This document shows positions 55,911 to 64,000 of a stretch of DNA of 64,000 bases, piece after piece. The stretch's first letter is position 1. Every line of letters starts with the position of its first letter. Both the position numbers and the translations under genes were made by a program. The stretch is from an uncultured Cytophagia bacterium (GTDB taxonomy: Bacteria > Zhuqueibacterota > Zhuqueibacteria > Thermofontimicrobiales > Thermofontimicrobiaceae), in assembly GCA_964647995.1 (NCBI GenBank), contig CAZYNP010000028.1:1151-65150 (forward strand), in the 5' to 3' direction. The notes under the pieces were generated by a model, which worked only from the letters and a program-made list of their open reading frames with translations, was not told the origin of the DNA and made no database searches.

Positions 55911-55935
55911 ATACCAGACTGAATTGGTCTTACTT
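55911..55935. promoter_or_regulatory. Operator-like motif ATACCAGACTGAATTGGTCTTACTT, 9-33 bp upstream of the Rrf2 start codon; paired with 53008..53032.
   Basis: It is similar to the sod-upstream palindrome, and its position is consistent with an autoregulatory operator. Confidence 0.4.
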
Positions 55936-55952
55936 TAGCTCAAAATAAAAAT

Positions 55953-56200
55953 CATTTTTTTCCAATGATTTCACCCACTGAAACGCCTGGCGAAAAAATT
56001 TGTTCCAAAATAGGACTATGGAGGTCGGATTTAAAATTGGAATTCTATTTTTAAATTTCGTTAGCGAAAAGGAATGATTTTTCTCCCACAGAAATGGAAT
56101 CCCACAGAAAAGAAAACTTAGGTTTTATTGATAGATGCTCTGTTTTCTGATTTTAAAAAAAGACTTTCTCTCCCACCGAAATGGAATCCCACAAAAATAG
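55953..56200. repeat. Three dispersed copies of the TTTYTCCCACMGAAATGGAATCCCAC motif (also present in the 54255-54598 array) in the Rrf2/sigma divergent intergenic region.
   Basis: Copies lie at 55953-55985, 56075-56110 and 56163-56200. Confidence 0.6.
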
Positions 56201-56388
56201 AGTTTGATCCTTAATTCTGGGCGCTTTTATTTTGCCAAATGGTGGATCGCCTCCTGGCGGTTTTGAAGGCTAAAAACATGTTCATTGAGCCAGGAATGAA
56301 TTATCTCGATCTTGATGTAAGGCCCTCTTTTTTATTTCAAAGAAAAAAAATATCAAATAATTTTCATTTGAATTTGTTATATTAGTGT

Positions 56389-56979
56389 ATGGAGCTGGAG
56401 AACATGAAGGCGACGGAAGCTTTGGTCGAACGCTATCGCCAGGGCGATCATGCTGCTTTTGACCAGTTAATACAAGAGCATGGCAGGCCGCTATACAATT
56501 TCATACTTTCTATGACCAAAAGCAAGTCGCTGGCCGACGATGTCTATCAAGAAACCTGGAGTCGGGTCCTTCACCACCTCGATGACTATCGAGAGCAGGG
56601 GCAATTTAAATGCTGGCTGTTCCAGATCGCCAACCATCAATGCCTGAATCACCTGCGATTGCTCAGACGAGTCTTTGTGCCATTGACCGAGATAGTCAAT
56701 GTCGAGAGCGAAGCGAACCTAATCATCAGCGGTTCCAATCCTGATCCCGGGCCTGATGAAAAATTGGAGCGCAACGAACGCCTCAAATGGGTTTGTGCGT
56801 GCGCTCAACAATTGCCCATCAAGCAGCGTCAGGTTTTTCTCTTGAAAATGAACAGCGATCTGACATTCAAAGAGATTTCAATGATTTTGAACCGACCGTT
56901 GAATACTGTGCTCACGCAGATGCGAACGGCACTTTTGACCATGAGGAAAAAACTAAAGGCCATTTATGATGAAGTGTAA
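56389..56979 (+). CDS. ECF-type RNA polymerase sigma-70 family factor.
   Basis: Region 2 (DVYQETWSRV...FKCWLFQIANHQCLNHLR) and a region 4 HTH (FKEISMILNRPLNTV) are present. Confidence 0.75.
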   Translation: MELENMKATEALVERYRQGDHAAFDQLIQEHGRPLYNFILSMTKSKSLADDVYQETWSRVLHHLDDYREQGQFKCWLFQIANHQCLNHLRLLRRVFVPLTEIVNVESEANLIISGSNPDPGPDEKLERNERLKWVCACAQQLPIKQRQVFLLKMNSDLTFKEISMILNRPLNTVLTQMRTALLTMRKKLKAIYDEV

Positions 56980-57409
56980 ATTTGACAGGTCAAAATTAAT
57001 TTTATACCTATTCAATGAAGTTACCTCAGCCGAAAGAGAGGAAATTTCCGCTCACATCGAATCCTGCGAGGTGTGCGCCTTAGAACTTGAACAGCTAAGT
57101 TCCGTTCGGAGTCGCTGGCCCAACCAGCCCATCGCCGATCCGCCCTCTCTTCATATTGTCAAAACGCCAGCGCGGCAGAAACTGGTTCGCCAGCCTCGCC
57201 GAGCCAGGAGAGTTCGGCGGCTGATACCTGCTCTGGGCTTTGCCATTGTGCTGGCTATCATTGCATTTTCACTGATCTGGCGGTTGGCGATCAATAAGCG
57301 ATCCAATTATTGGAGCATCGAAAATAGCTGGGAAGGACCCTATCGGTATCAGTTCGAAAGAATAGATCGTACCATTGAGATGATCAAGAATGATGAATTT
57401 TTTAACTAA
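56966..57409 (+). CDS. Anti-sigma factor (zf-HC2 type) with one TM helix.
   Basis: It has the HxxxCxxC motif AHIESCEVCALEL and a TM segment (LIPALGFAIVLAIIAFSLIW). Its start overlaps the end of the sigma gene. Confidence 0.6.
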   Translation: MMKCKFDRSKLILYLFNEVTSAEREEISAHIESCEVCALELEQLSSVRSRWPNQPIADPPSLHIVKTPARQKLVRQPRRARRVRRLIPALGFAIVLAIIAFSLIWRLAINKRSNYWSIENSWEGPYRYQFERIDRTIEMIKNDEFFN

Positions 57410-57459
57410 TGACGGCAGGATAAGATAGCATCTTGTCCCGCAATTAATGGAGGTGTAAC

Positions 57460-58635
57460 ATGAACAATCTACAAAAAACATTATTGAGCTTTGTTTTTGT
57501 ATTGCTATTCTGTTTTAAAACGCTGGCGCAAGAGATGGGCGCTATCGAAGGAACTGTAACATCCACAGATGGAAAGCCGATTCCTGGCGCAACAGTGATT
57601 TTTAAAAATACCACCAAAAAGTTGTCGACAGATTTTGATGGGAAATTCATAGCCGAAAAAATGTATCCAGCCAAATATACTGCTTTCGTCTTCAAATACG
57701 GCTACAAAACCTTCTTAAGAGATGATGTGAAAGTGGGAGCGGGACTGACGACTGCGCTTGAAATCACTCTCGAACGTGACCCGAACAACCAGGGCTGCGG
57801 CACAATTGCAGGGCGAATTATTGATAAAAATGATAAACCGATTGCTGATGCCAAAATAATCATCGCCGAATCTTTTGTCCCTAAATCAGATGATATTGTT
57901 ACCATCGAAGATTTTATTCTCAAGGGGGCGCAGATCGAAGCCAGCTCTGACCGAGATGGTAATTTCATCATTAAAAATGTTCCTCCAGGCAGGTTCACTG
58001 CCTTTGCGATGAAAGATGGCTACCAATCATTTATGTATTTTTCGATCTATGTTGAAACTGGGCAGACAAAAACAATCGAAGCGAAATTATCTGAGCAAAA
58101 ATATTCATTCATATACGGCAAAGTCAAATCAACCGATGGAGAGGCAATTCCAGGCGCCAATATCACTTTAACAGGGACTCGGCTGGGCGCTGCTTCAGAT
58201 CCACTTGGCAATTTTATCATTAAGGAAGTTCCACCTGGCAAATATATTTTAAAGGTTGCGATGTTGGGATTTAACCCCTATCAACAATCAATTGCTGTCG
58301 AGAAAAACAAGCACCAGAAATTAGCAGTTACAATCGAACCTGATATTTCATTTAAATTGGAGAAGAAATCAGATCTGCAAGCTTACGAAGATCGGTTAGA
58401 AGAATTGCGCCAGGCGTATTTCCTTGCTGAATCAGAAACGGATCGGGATGAGACTAGAAAACAAATCCGAGCACTCCTCGAAACCATGTTCGATTTAAAA
58501 GAAAAAGAATACGCCAAGAATATCGAAGCGAAGAAGCGCAACATTCAATCGCTGGAACAGTTACAAAAATATCGTGCCGAAAATAAAGACGATATAATAG
58601 AGCGCCGACTAAAAGAATTGCTGACGGTTTATTAA
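57460..58635 (+). CDS. Secreted protein with three carboxypeptidase-regulatory-like (CarboxypepD_reg) beta-sandwich domains and a C-terminal coiled coil.
   Basis: It has a signal peptide and a GGAGG ribosome-binding site. The repeated pattern is G.V.S.DG.PIPGA.V.....R....D.G.F.I..VPPG.Y. Confidence 0.6.
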   Translation: MNNLQKTLLSFVFVLLFCFKTLAQEMGAIEGTVTSTDGKPIPGATVIFKNTTKKLSTDFDGKFIAEKMYPAKYTAFVFKYGYKTFLRDDVKVGAGLTTALEITLERDPNNQGCGTIAGRIIDKNDKPIADAKIIIAESFVPKSDDIVTIEDFILKGAQIEASSDRDGNFIIKNVPPGRFTAFAMKDGYQSFMYFSIYVETGQTKTIEAKLSEQKYSFIYGKVKSTDGEAIPGANITLTGTRLGAASDPLGNFIIKEVPPGKYILKVAMLGFNPYQQSIAVEKNKHQKLAVTIEPDISFKLEKKSDLQAYEDRLEELRQAYFLAESETDRDETRKQIRALLETMFDLKEKEYAKNIEAKKRNIQSLEQLQKYRAENKDDIIERRLKELLTVY

Positions 58636-58720
58636 TTTCCACAAACCAGGGAGTTAAGGCGTAAGCCTTACATATTAACTCCTTAGTCTAATGACATTTT
58701 TTTGGTGGAGGATTTTGAAA

Positions 58721-59902
58721 ATGCAATCAATAAAAATATACTCCTATATTTTGATCTCCTCACTTTTTTTCTTTACGTATTTGCATGGGCAACCATCAGG
58801 TTGGCAAGGGAAAACAGAAATCAAAAAGAATATTCACTATATTTACAATCCAAAACAAGGTTTATGGGACGATGATCCTTCAAAACAAATTACGTTAGAA
58901 AAACGATTCAGCATCGGGTATTACGAAGGACCAGAGGATTATCTTTTTGCATTAGTTAGAGAAGTCATCGTTGATAGCAATGGCAGGATAATCGTGCTTG
59001 ATAAGGATTGCGTGCGAATTTTTGATCAATCGGGTAAGCATGTCCTGACTTTCGGCAGCGAAGGCGAAGGGCCTGGCGAATTTAAAATTCCTCGAGGAAT
59101 GGCATTGGATGATAATGGCAATATTTATATCTATGATTCCATTTTGCAGCGAGTGTCAGTTTTTGATTCGGTTGGCAAATTTATCAGAAGCATTCGGTTG
59201 AATGACAGAATGTTTGGCAAGATTGGATTAAAGTCAAATCATGATATCGTTCTATCGAGAATGATTCTGTTCGATCCTCGAATGCCCGATCAGTTTAAGG
59301 ATCATAAGCTCATTCGATTATACAATCAAAAAGGGAAAAAGCTTGCCTCGTTTTTCGAAGCTGAATTAATTGTCAACAATGGACCTTTTGGTCGGGAACA
59401 ATTTTCCTGGTGCTATTTCCAATTATTGAAAGGGGATACTTTGATCGGTGGCTATAATTACCCTTACAAAATTCATCTTTTTGATCCGAACAATAAGCTC
59501 TTCAAAGTCATTCAGCGGGAGTCACCCATTTTTTCGAAACCGAGTCTGCTATCATCTCAAATGAAAATGATGGATGGCAATATCTTTGAAACAAAAGCCC
59601 TGGCGTTACGGGCATCGATCTGGGATATTTTTGTTTTGCCAGATGGAAAATTTTTCGTTTATATTAAAGACAATGGTCCCGATTATAAAGAGCACTTCTC
59701 AAAAAATGCACTCGGCTCCCAGGAGGGAACCATGGTGCTTGATCTATACGATAAAAACGGCTATTTTTTGAAAAGCTATCCTTATGTGAACGAGAAATAT
59801 GGCAAGATAATATTTGTCGATGCCGAGGGATATTTGTACACGGCGATTGGTCCCAGTGAGCTTATTCCTGGCGTGACGAAATGGCGGATATCTTTTGAAT
59901 AA
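58721..59902 (+). CDS. Secreted beta-propeller protein (NHL / 6-bladed TolB-like repeats).
   Basis: It has a signal peptide (MQSIKIYSYILISSLFFFTYLHG) and repeated D.NG.IYV.D segments (DSNGRIIVLD, DDNGNIYIYD). A GGAGG ribosome-binding site lies 10 nt upstream of the ATG at 58721. Confidence 0.5.
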   Translation: MQSIKIYSYILISSLFFFTYLHGQPSGWQGKTEIKKNIHYIYNPKQGLWDDDPSKQITLEKRFSIGYYEGPEDYLFALVREVIVDSNGRIIVLDKDCVRIFDQSGKHVLTFGSEGEGPGEFKIPRGMALDDNGNIYIYDSILQRVSVFDSVGKFIRSIRLNDRMFGKIGLKSNHDIVLSRMILFDPRMPDQFKDHKLIRLYNQKGKKLASFFEAELIVNNGPFGREQFSWCYFQLLKGDTLIGGYNYPYKIHLFDPNNKLFKVIQRESPIFSKPSLLSSQMKMMDGNIFETKALALRASIWDIFVLPDGKFFVYIKDNGPDYKEHFSKNALGSQEGTMVLDLYDKNGYFLKSYPYVNEKYGKIIFVDAEGYLYTAIGPSELIPGVTKWRISFE

Positions 59903-59910
59903 TTAGAACA

Positions 59911-60043
59911 ACCTTGATTTTTGACCATCCCCGCTCCCATTTTACCTTGATTTTTGACCATAACTGCTCTCATTTTACCTTTCTTTTTAACCATAATTAT
60001 ACAAAAATATCCTTGATTTTTAGCCATAATCTTTGTATTATTT
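59911..60043. repeat. Four tandem copies of a roughly 33-bp unit (ACCTTGATTTTTGACCATNNCNGCTCNCATTTT), degenerating towards 3', upstream of the DUF4143 ATPase gene.
   Basis: The units are at 59911-59943, 59944-59976, 59977-60010 and 60011-60043. The first two are about 85% identical. Confidence 0.7.
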
Positions 60044-60076
60044 ATCCAGTTGGCTCATTAAATCAAAGGTGCGGGT

Positions 60077-61417
60077 TTGAAAAGAATCGTTTTTGAAGCA
60101 TTAAAACGCTGGAAGGATAGCCCCCAGCGCAAGCCGATTTTGCTTCGCGGAGCTCGACAGGTCGGGAAGACTTACATTGTGCGGGAACTGGGGAAATTGT
60201 TCCCCGATTTCGTGGAGATCAATTTTGAGTTGTTGCCCGACGCCAGCAAAATTTTTGAGCGTGATCTACTGCCCGAGCGGATTATTCGAGATCTATCGCT
60301 TTTTATTGGCCGAAAAATTGAACCTGGACAGTCACTATTATTTTTGGATGAAATCCAGGCAGCGCCGAAAGCCATCCAGGCCCTGCGCTATTTCTATGAA
60401 CTGCTCCCGCAGCAGCATATTATCAGCGCTGGCTCACTGCTTGATTTTGAGCTGGAAAAAATCGGAATGCCTGTCGGCAGGGTAACTTCGATTTATATGC
60501 ACCCCATGTCCTTTTTGGAGTTTCTGGCCGCTAAAAATGAGCCTTTGCTGATCGAAATGATCCTGGAACATGATGTCCCGTCAAAGGTGTCTGAAGTCGT
60601 TCATCATAAATTGCTCCATCTGTTAGGCGAATATTTGGCCATTGGTGGGATGCCAGAAGCAATGCAGAGCTGGCTCGATAGCGAGGATTTGAACAAATGC
60701 GGGGCGATCCATCGGACCATTATCGATTCATTTCGCCAGGATTTCAATAAATATGCGACCAGGTTTCAGATCAAATACCTTGATGTGCTGTTTGATGCCA
60801 TTCCCGCCTTGTTAGGACAAAAATTCAAGTTCAGCAATATCCCTGGTGAATATCGAAAGCGGGATCTGCTGCCTGCCCTGGACCTATTAATCAAAGCAGG
60901 TATAGCTCATAAAATCCTCCATAGCTCAGGCACAGGTATTCCGCTGGGGGCGACTGTCAATGGCGACAAATTTAAGCTGCTATTTGTTGACATCGCACTG
61001 GCACAGACGATTTTGGGACTGGACACCACCTCCTGGCTGCTCGATCCCGAACTCAACTTGATCAACAAAGGCGCTATTACCGAGGCATTTGTAGGACAGG
61101 AGTTACTGGCTTATTCGCTGTTTGATGTGAAAGGCCAACTGTATTATTGGCATCGAGAAGCCAGAGCCAGCAACGCCGAGATCGATTATCTAATTCAAAA
61201 ACAGAACCTGGTGATTCCCATTGAAGTGAAAAGCGGCGCTCCTGGCAAATTAAAGAGCCTGAAAATTTTTCTTGACGAGCACCCAAATTCAACTCAAGGC
61301 ATCCGCTTTTCCAGCCAAAATTACGATGCAACCAATGGCATTCAGAATCTGCCGCTCTATGCGGTGGCCAGAATCATGGAAGCGCAGCAATCCCATTTCC
61401 TGTCGCTGATTCATTAG
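60077..61417 (+). CDS. AAA+ ATPase with a C-terminal DUF4143 domain (ATP-binding protein, AAA_14-like).
   Basis: It has Walker A GARQVGKTY, Walker B LLFLDEIQ and the C-terminal DYLIQKQNLVIPIEVKSG. The ORF can only start at the TTG at 60077 because an in-frame stop lies at 60059-60061. Confidence 0.7.
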   Translation: MKRIVFEALKRWKDSPQRKPILLRGARQVGKTYIVRELGKLFPDFVEINFELLPDASKIFERDLLPERIIRDLSLFIGRKIEPGQSLLFLDEIQAAPKAIQALRYFYELLPQQHIISAGSLLDFELEKIGMPVGRVTSIYMHPMSFLEFLAAKNEPLLIEMILEHDVPSKVSEVVHHKLLHLLGEYLAIGGMPEAMQSWLDSEDLNKCGAIHRTIIDSFRQDFNKYATRFQIKYLDVLFDAIPALLGQKFKFSNIPGEYRKRDLLPALDLLIKAGIAHKILHSSGTGIPLGATVNGDKFKLLFVDIALAQTILGLDTTSWLLDPELNLINKGAITEAFVGQELLAYSLFDVKGQLYYWHREARASNAEIDYLIQKQNLVIPIEVKSGAPGKLKSLKIFLDEHPNSTQGIRFSSQNYDATNGIQNLPLYAVARIMEAQQSHFLSLIH

Positions 61418-61453
61418 GTGGGGTTGGTGGAGGGGTTAAGTAGGTTGAGTGAG

Positions 61454-62659
61454 TTAAGTAAGTTGAGTGAGCGGGGCTGACTGCATGGTGGGGATTGTTT
61501 CGCCATTGAGCGTCAGGTAGCTCCGCAAGAGATGAACCGTCAGGCAGGAGTGAACAGGCAGGATGGTCAGCAGATCTCCAATGTGCACCTGATTAAAAAA
61601 TTGCGGATCGGTTTTGATGATCCCATGCTCCTGGGATAGCGCCGAGACATAGGCATGGGAGATGACGGCACCCCAGCCTCGTTCCTCGAAGGGCGCCACG
61701 TAGCCGAAAATTTTATTGCTCTGGTTATCAACAATGAATTCTTTCGAGAGATGAACCGCTCCCCCGTAAATCACGATCTCGTTCCGCTCCCGATGTTTTG
61801 CCACCACAGGACAGGCCACGGCCACAGCAATATCTTGCTCCGCACAGGAGCCAATGGTCAATTGCATGACATCATAAAAAACAAAATTGCCCGGCCGAAT
61901 CTCATCCACACCGCTGAAATCATCCCTAACGCTGCAGCAAGGTGTATCGCCAATAGAAAGTTGAGTCCCCGAGAACCCCTTTTCGATCAGCTTCTGCTGG
62001 AGTTGCTGCAGTTTTTCAACCATGTCGTGATAAATTTTCCTGACCTCAGCCGCGGAACGGGCTTGATAGGCATGTCCTGCATGAGTTAATAATCCTGTGA
62101 ACGCCATCTTTTTTGATCGGCCAATCAGGCGAGCCAGGGCGATCACTTCATCGAATTGATCCCAAGAAACTCCCGTGCGATGATAGCCGACATCGATCTT
62201 CAGCCATACCCCAACCTGATATTGGAGATTTCGATCCAAAAAAGCAGCCGTCTGCTCCGATTCTACCAGTAGACTTAGATGAATCGACGCAGCGAGCTTA
62301 TTGATCGCTTCGATCTCCAGAATATTCACAGGAAAGGCAATGGTAATATCATCCCAGCCATGCTGGGCAAAATACTGCGCCATCTCCACCGATGACACGG
62401 TGATGGAAGCAACGCCGCACTCCCGAAACCATTCTCCGATCCGGGCGGATTGATGGGTTTTGAAATGGGGGCGAAAACGCACCCGGCTGTTCGCTGCCTT
62501 AGCTGCCATGCGGTGGATATTGGCGAGGGCTCGTTTTGCATGCAAAATAAGGGTTGGCCGCGAAATCGGCAGGTTATCAACGATACTATTTTTTGGATCA
62601 GAAATATCGGAAGCCGCGCTCATTATGTTCTCTCCCAAGGGACTCAATTGGTCTACCAT
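61454..62659 (-). CDS. PLP-dependent enzyme of the alanine-racemase-N / D-serine dehydratase-like (DSD1 / D-threonine aldolase) family.
   Basis: The PLP-lysine context is RVRFRPHFKTHQSARIG and a C-terminal D-Ser-dehydratase-like domain is present. Confidence 0.6.
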   Translation of the reverse strand: MVDQLSPLGENIMSAASDISDPKNSIVDNLPISRPTLILHAKRALANIHRMAAKAANSRVRFRPHFKTHQSARIGEWFRECGVASITVSSVEMAQYFAQHGWDDITIAFPVNILEIEAINKLAASIHLSLLVESEQTAAFLDRNLQYQVGVWLKIDVGYHRTGVSWDQFDEVIALARLIGRSKKMAFTGLLTHAGHAYQARSAAEVRKIYHDMVEKLQQLQQKLIEKGFSGTQLSIGDTPCCSVRDDFSGVDEIRPGNFVFYDVMQLTIGSCAEQDIAVAVACPVVAKHRERNEIVIYGGAVHLSKEFIVDNQSNKIFGYVAPFEERGWGAVISHAYVSALSQEHGIIKTDPQFFNQVHIGDLLTILPVHSCLTVHLLRSYLTLNGETIPTMQSAPLTQLT

Positions 62660-62845
62660 ACTACTTCATTCAACTCGACGCAATTATCTCCAGGTCATGA
62701 TGGCGTGCCTTGGATCAACATGCCACGCTATAAAATACAATATTCCGCGACAGTTGCAACCAAATTTTTGCAAATCTAATTTTATTTTTGGACTCGATCA
62801 TTCCGATCCACCTGCGGCTATTTTGGAAGATCGGCAAATTTTAGG

Positions 62846-62874
62846 TTGACAAAGGCAATGAGTTTTGTTAAATT
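62846..62874 (+). promoter_or_regulatory. Sigma-70-like promoter: TTGACA, a 17-nt spacer, then TAAATT.
   Basis: The hexamers are seen directly in the sequence, and it lies upstream of a 400-nt leader preceding the DASS transporter gene. Confidence 0.4.
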
Positions 62875-63282
62875 AGTGTGGCGATCTAAACATCATTGCT
62901 CGGAGCAACTGCCACAGCTATTCGGAAAGTCCTGTCGATTTGCGCTCGGAGAAACCGTGGGACTTTCGGCTGCGCGCTCCACTACCGGAATCTCCCAGCC
63001 AAAGATCAATGCCTGGCGCCGGTTCGTTCAGAGGCGAGGGCAGATCATGGCTCAGATGGCCATGGCCGCGGTGCTTTGAGAGAGGCCAATCACAGTTGCG
63101 CACATCGGAGTCGGGTGTTTCGCATGGTTGCCGGAGAATTTATTAGCCTTAACAACTTCGCTTCCCAGCGGATAAGTTAACCATACTAAATCCGATTTTG
63201 GAAAAATACGCCGAAATCAGAGCTTGATAAAACCAGAACTCTGTTCATTTTTCCCGTACCTGAACACAGAAAGACACGCGAA

Positions 63283-64000
63283 ATGATTGAAGATGAACCT
63301 GGCCTTGCTACCCCTGAGATCAACGAAGCGATCTCATCCGGCGAAAAGCAATTCGATCGGATGCGCCGCACCATTAGCCTCTTTCTCGGTCCGTTGGTTT
63401 TCATTATCTTGCTGATACTGCCGCTACCGGCCCTGACCCCATCCGCCCATCGACTGGCTGCTGTTTTCGGGTGGGTGCTGATTTATTGGGTTGGCGAAGC
63501 TTTGCCGATTCCGGTAACTTCGCTGCTGGGGCCGGTCCTCTGCGTTATTTTGGGAATTGCGCCGGCCAGTACCATTTTTGCTCCATTTGCCAATCCCATT
63601 ATTTTTCTGTTCATTGGCAGCTTCATGTTAGCCCGGGGCATGATGGAACAGCAGCTCGATCAACGCATTGCACTCAGCATCCTCTCGCTGCGCTGGGTTG
63701 GCAACAGCCCTGCCCGCCTTGTGATTGTTGTTGCAGCGATACCCATTCTGCTATCAATGTGGATCAGCGACAGCGCCACCACGGCCATGATGTATCCGAT
63801 TCTGATGGGAATCGTTACATCGTTGAGCGCGCTATCGAAATCCGCGACCAAACAGCTTGTTTCAACCCGGTTTAGTACCGCGCTGCTCTTAGCCATCGCG
63901 TATGCCGCGCTTATCGGTGGTACCGGCACACCCGTGGGGACACCGCCCAATCTGATTGGTATCGCCATGATCGACCGGCTCTTGCACGTGAAAATCTATT
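63283..64000 (+). CDS. Partial CDS running off the window end: DASS/SLC13 (divalent anion:Na+ symporter, CitT-like) family transporter.
   Basis: Manual translation from the ATG at 63283 gives MIEDEPGLA...LFLGPLVFIILLILPLP...VFGWVLIYWVGEALPIPVTSLLGPVL...IGGTGTPVGTPPNLIG. No stop occurs before the window ends. The ORF track omits it because it is truncated. Confidence 0.65.
   Translation, partial: MIEDEPGLATPEINEAISSGEKQFDRMRRTISLFLGPLVFIILLILPLPALTPSAHRLAAVFGWVLIYWVGEALPIPVTSLLGPVLCVILGIAPASTIFAPFANPIIFLFIGSFMLARGMMEQQLDQRIALSILSLRWVGNSPARLVIVVAAIPILLSMWISDSATTAMMYPILMGIVTSLSALSKSATKQLVSTRFSTALLLAIAYAALIGGTGTPVGTPPNLIGIAMIDRLLHVKIY

Noticed and set aside
62900-62990. GGAAAGTCC...GGACTTTCGG segment resembling the RNase P P4/CR-I motif.
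   Set aside because: The other universally conserved RNase P regions (GGUAAGAGCGCACC, ACAGAAnCCGGCUUA) are absent. It is kept only as an unclassified structured leader.
1-64000. tRNA, rRNA, tmRNA and integrase genes.
   Set aside because: None were recognisable by eye in the intergenic regions, and no transposase-like translation appears in the ORF track. A tRNAscan or Infernal run is still needed to be sure.

Overview
This 64 kb window is a bacterial chromosomal segment of about 50% GC with densely packed genes on both strands. I found no rRNA or tRNA genes, no CRISPR array and no transposase gene. Three proteins end in a type IX secretion system (T9SS) sorting domain and a PorV/PorQ-like barrel protein is present, so the source is probably a Fibrobacteres-Chlorobi-Bacteroidetes (FCB) group organism. 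Many genes carry GGAGG-type ribosome-binding sites and several start at TTG, which is unusual for Bacteroidia. Rubrerythrins, a PerR regulator, a tungsten-type aldehyde:ferredoxin oxidoreductase, methionine sulfoxide reductases and superoxide dismutase point to an anaerobic or microaerophilic lifestyle. Housekeeping genes include galT-galK, arfB, glgC, a PreP-like M16 peptidase, MgtC, a YidE-type transporter, MsrBA, pirin, an ECF sigma/anti-sigma pair and a DASS transporter. The most interesting observations are these. (1) A secreted thioredoxin-fold/TPR gene (4219..5595, minus strand) is interrupted by an in-frame TGA exactly where the first cysteine of the CxxC redox motif should be (FYSAG-U-GGC), with a SECIS-like hairpin 11 nt downstream, so it is a candidate UxxC selenoprotein. 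(2) A roughly 3.3 kb island (about 51950..55480) carries superoxide dismutase, an Rnl5 (DraRnl/NgrRnl-type) ATP-dependent RNA ligase and a thioredoxin-like protein. It is bracketed by oppositely oriented copies of a MITE-like palindromic repeat family and sits next to an Rrf2 regulator. Inside it are a 3x114-bp tandem array, twin perfect hairpins and an operator-like palindrome that recurs in the sod and Rrf2 promoter regions. (3) About 380-bp direct repeats containing remnants of an AAA+ (DUF4143) ATPase C-terminus flank an AlbA_2/Schlafen-like ATPase gene, which lies beside a DUF433/DUF5615 toxin-antitoxin pair. (4) A 970-bp intergenic region holds about eight copies of a TAAGGTTAATAAGGT motif. 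All calls rest on reading the six-frame translations and the sequence by eye; no database search was possible.
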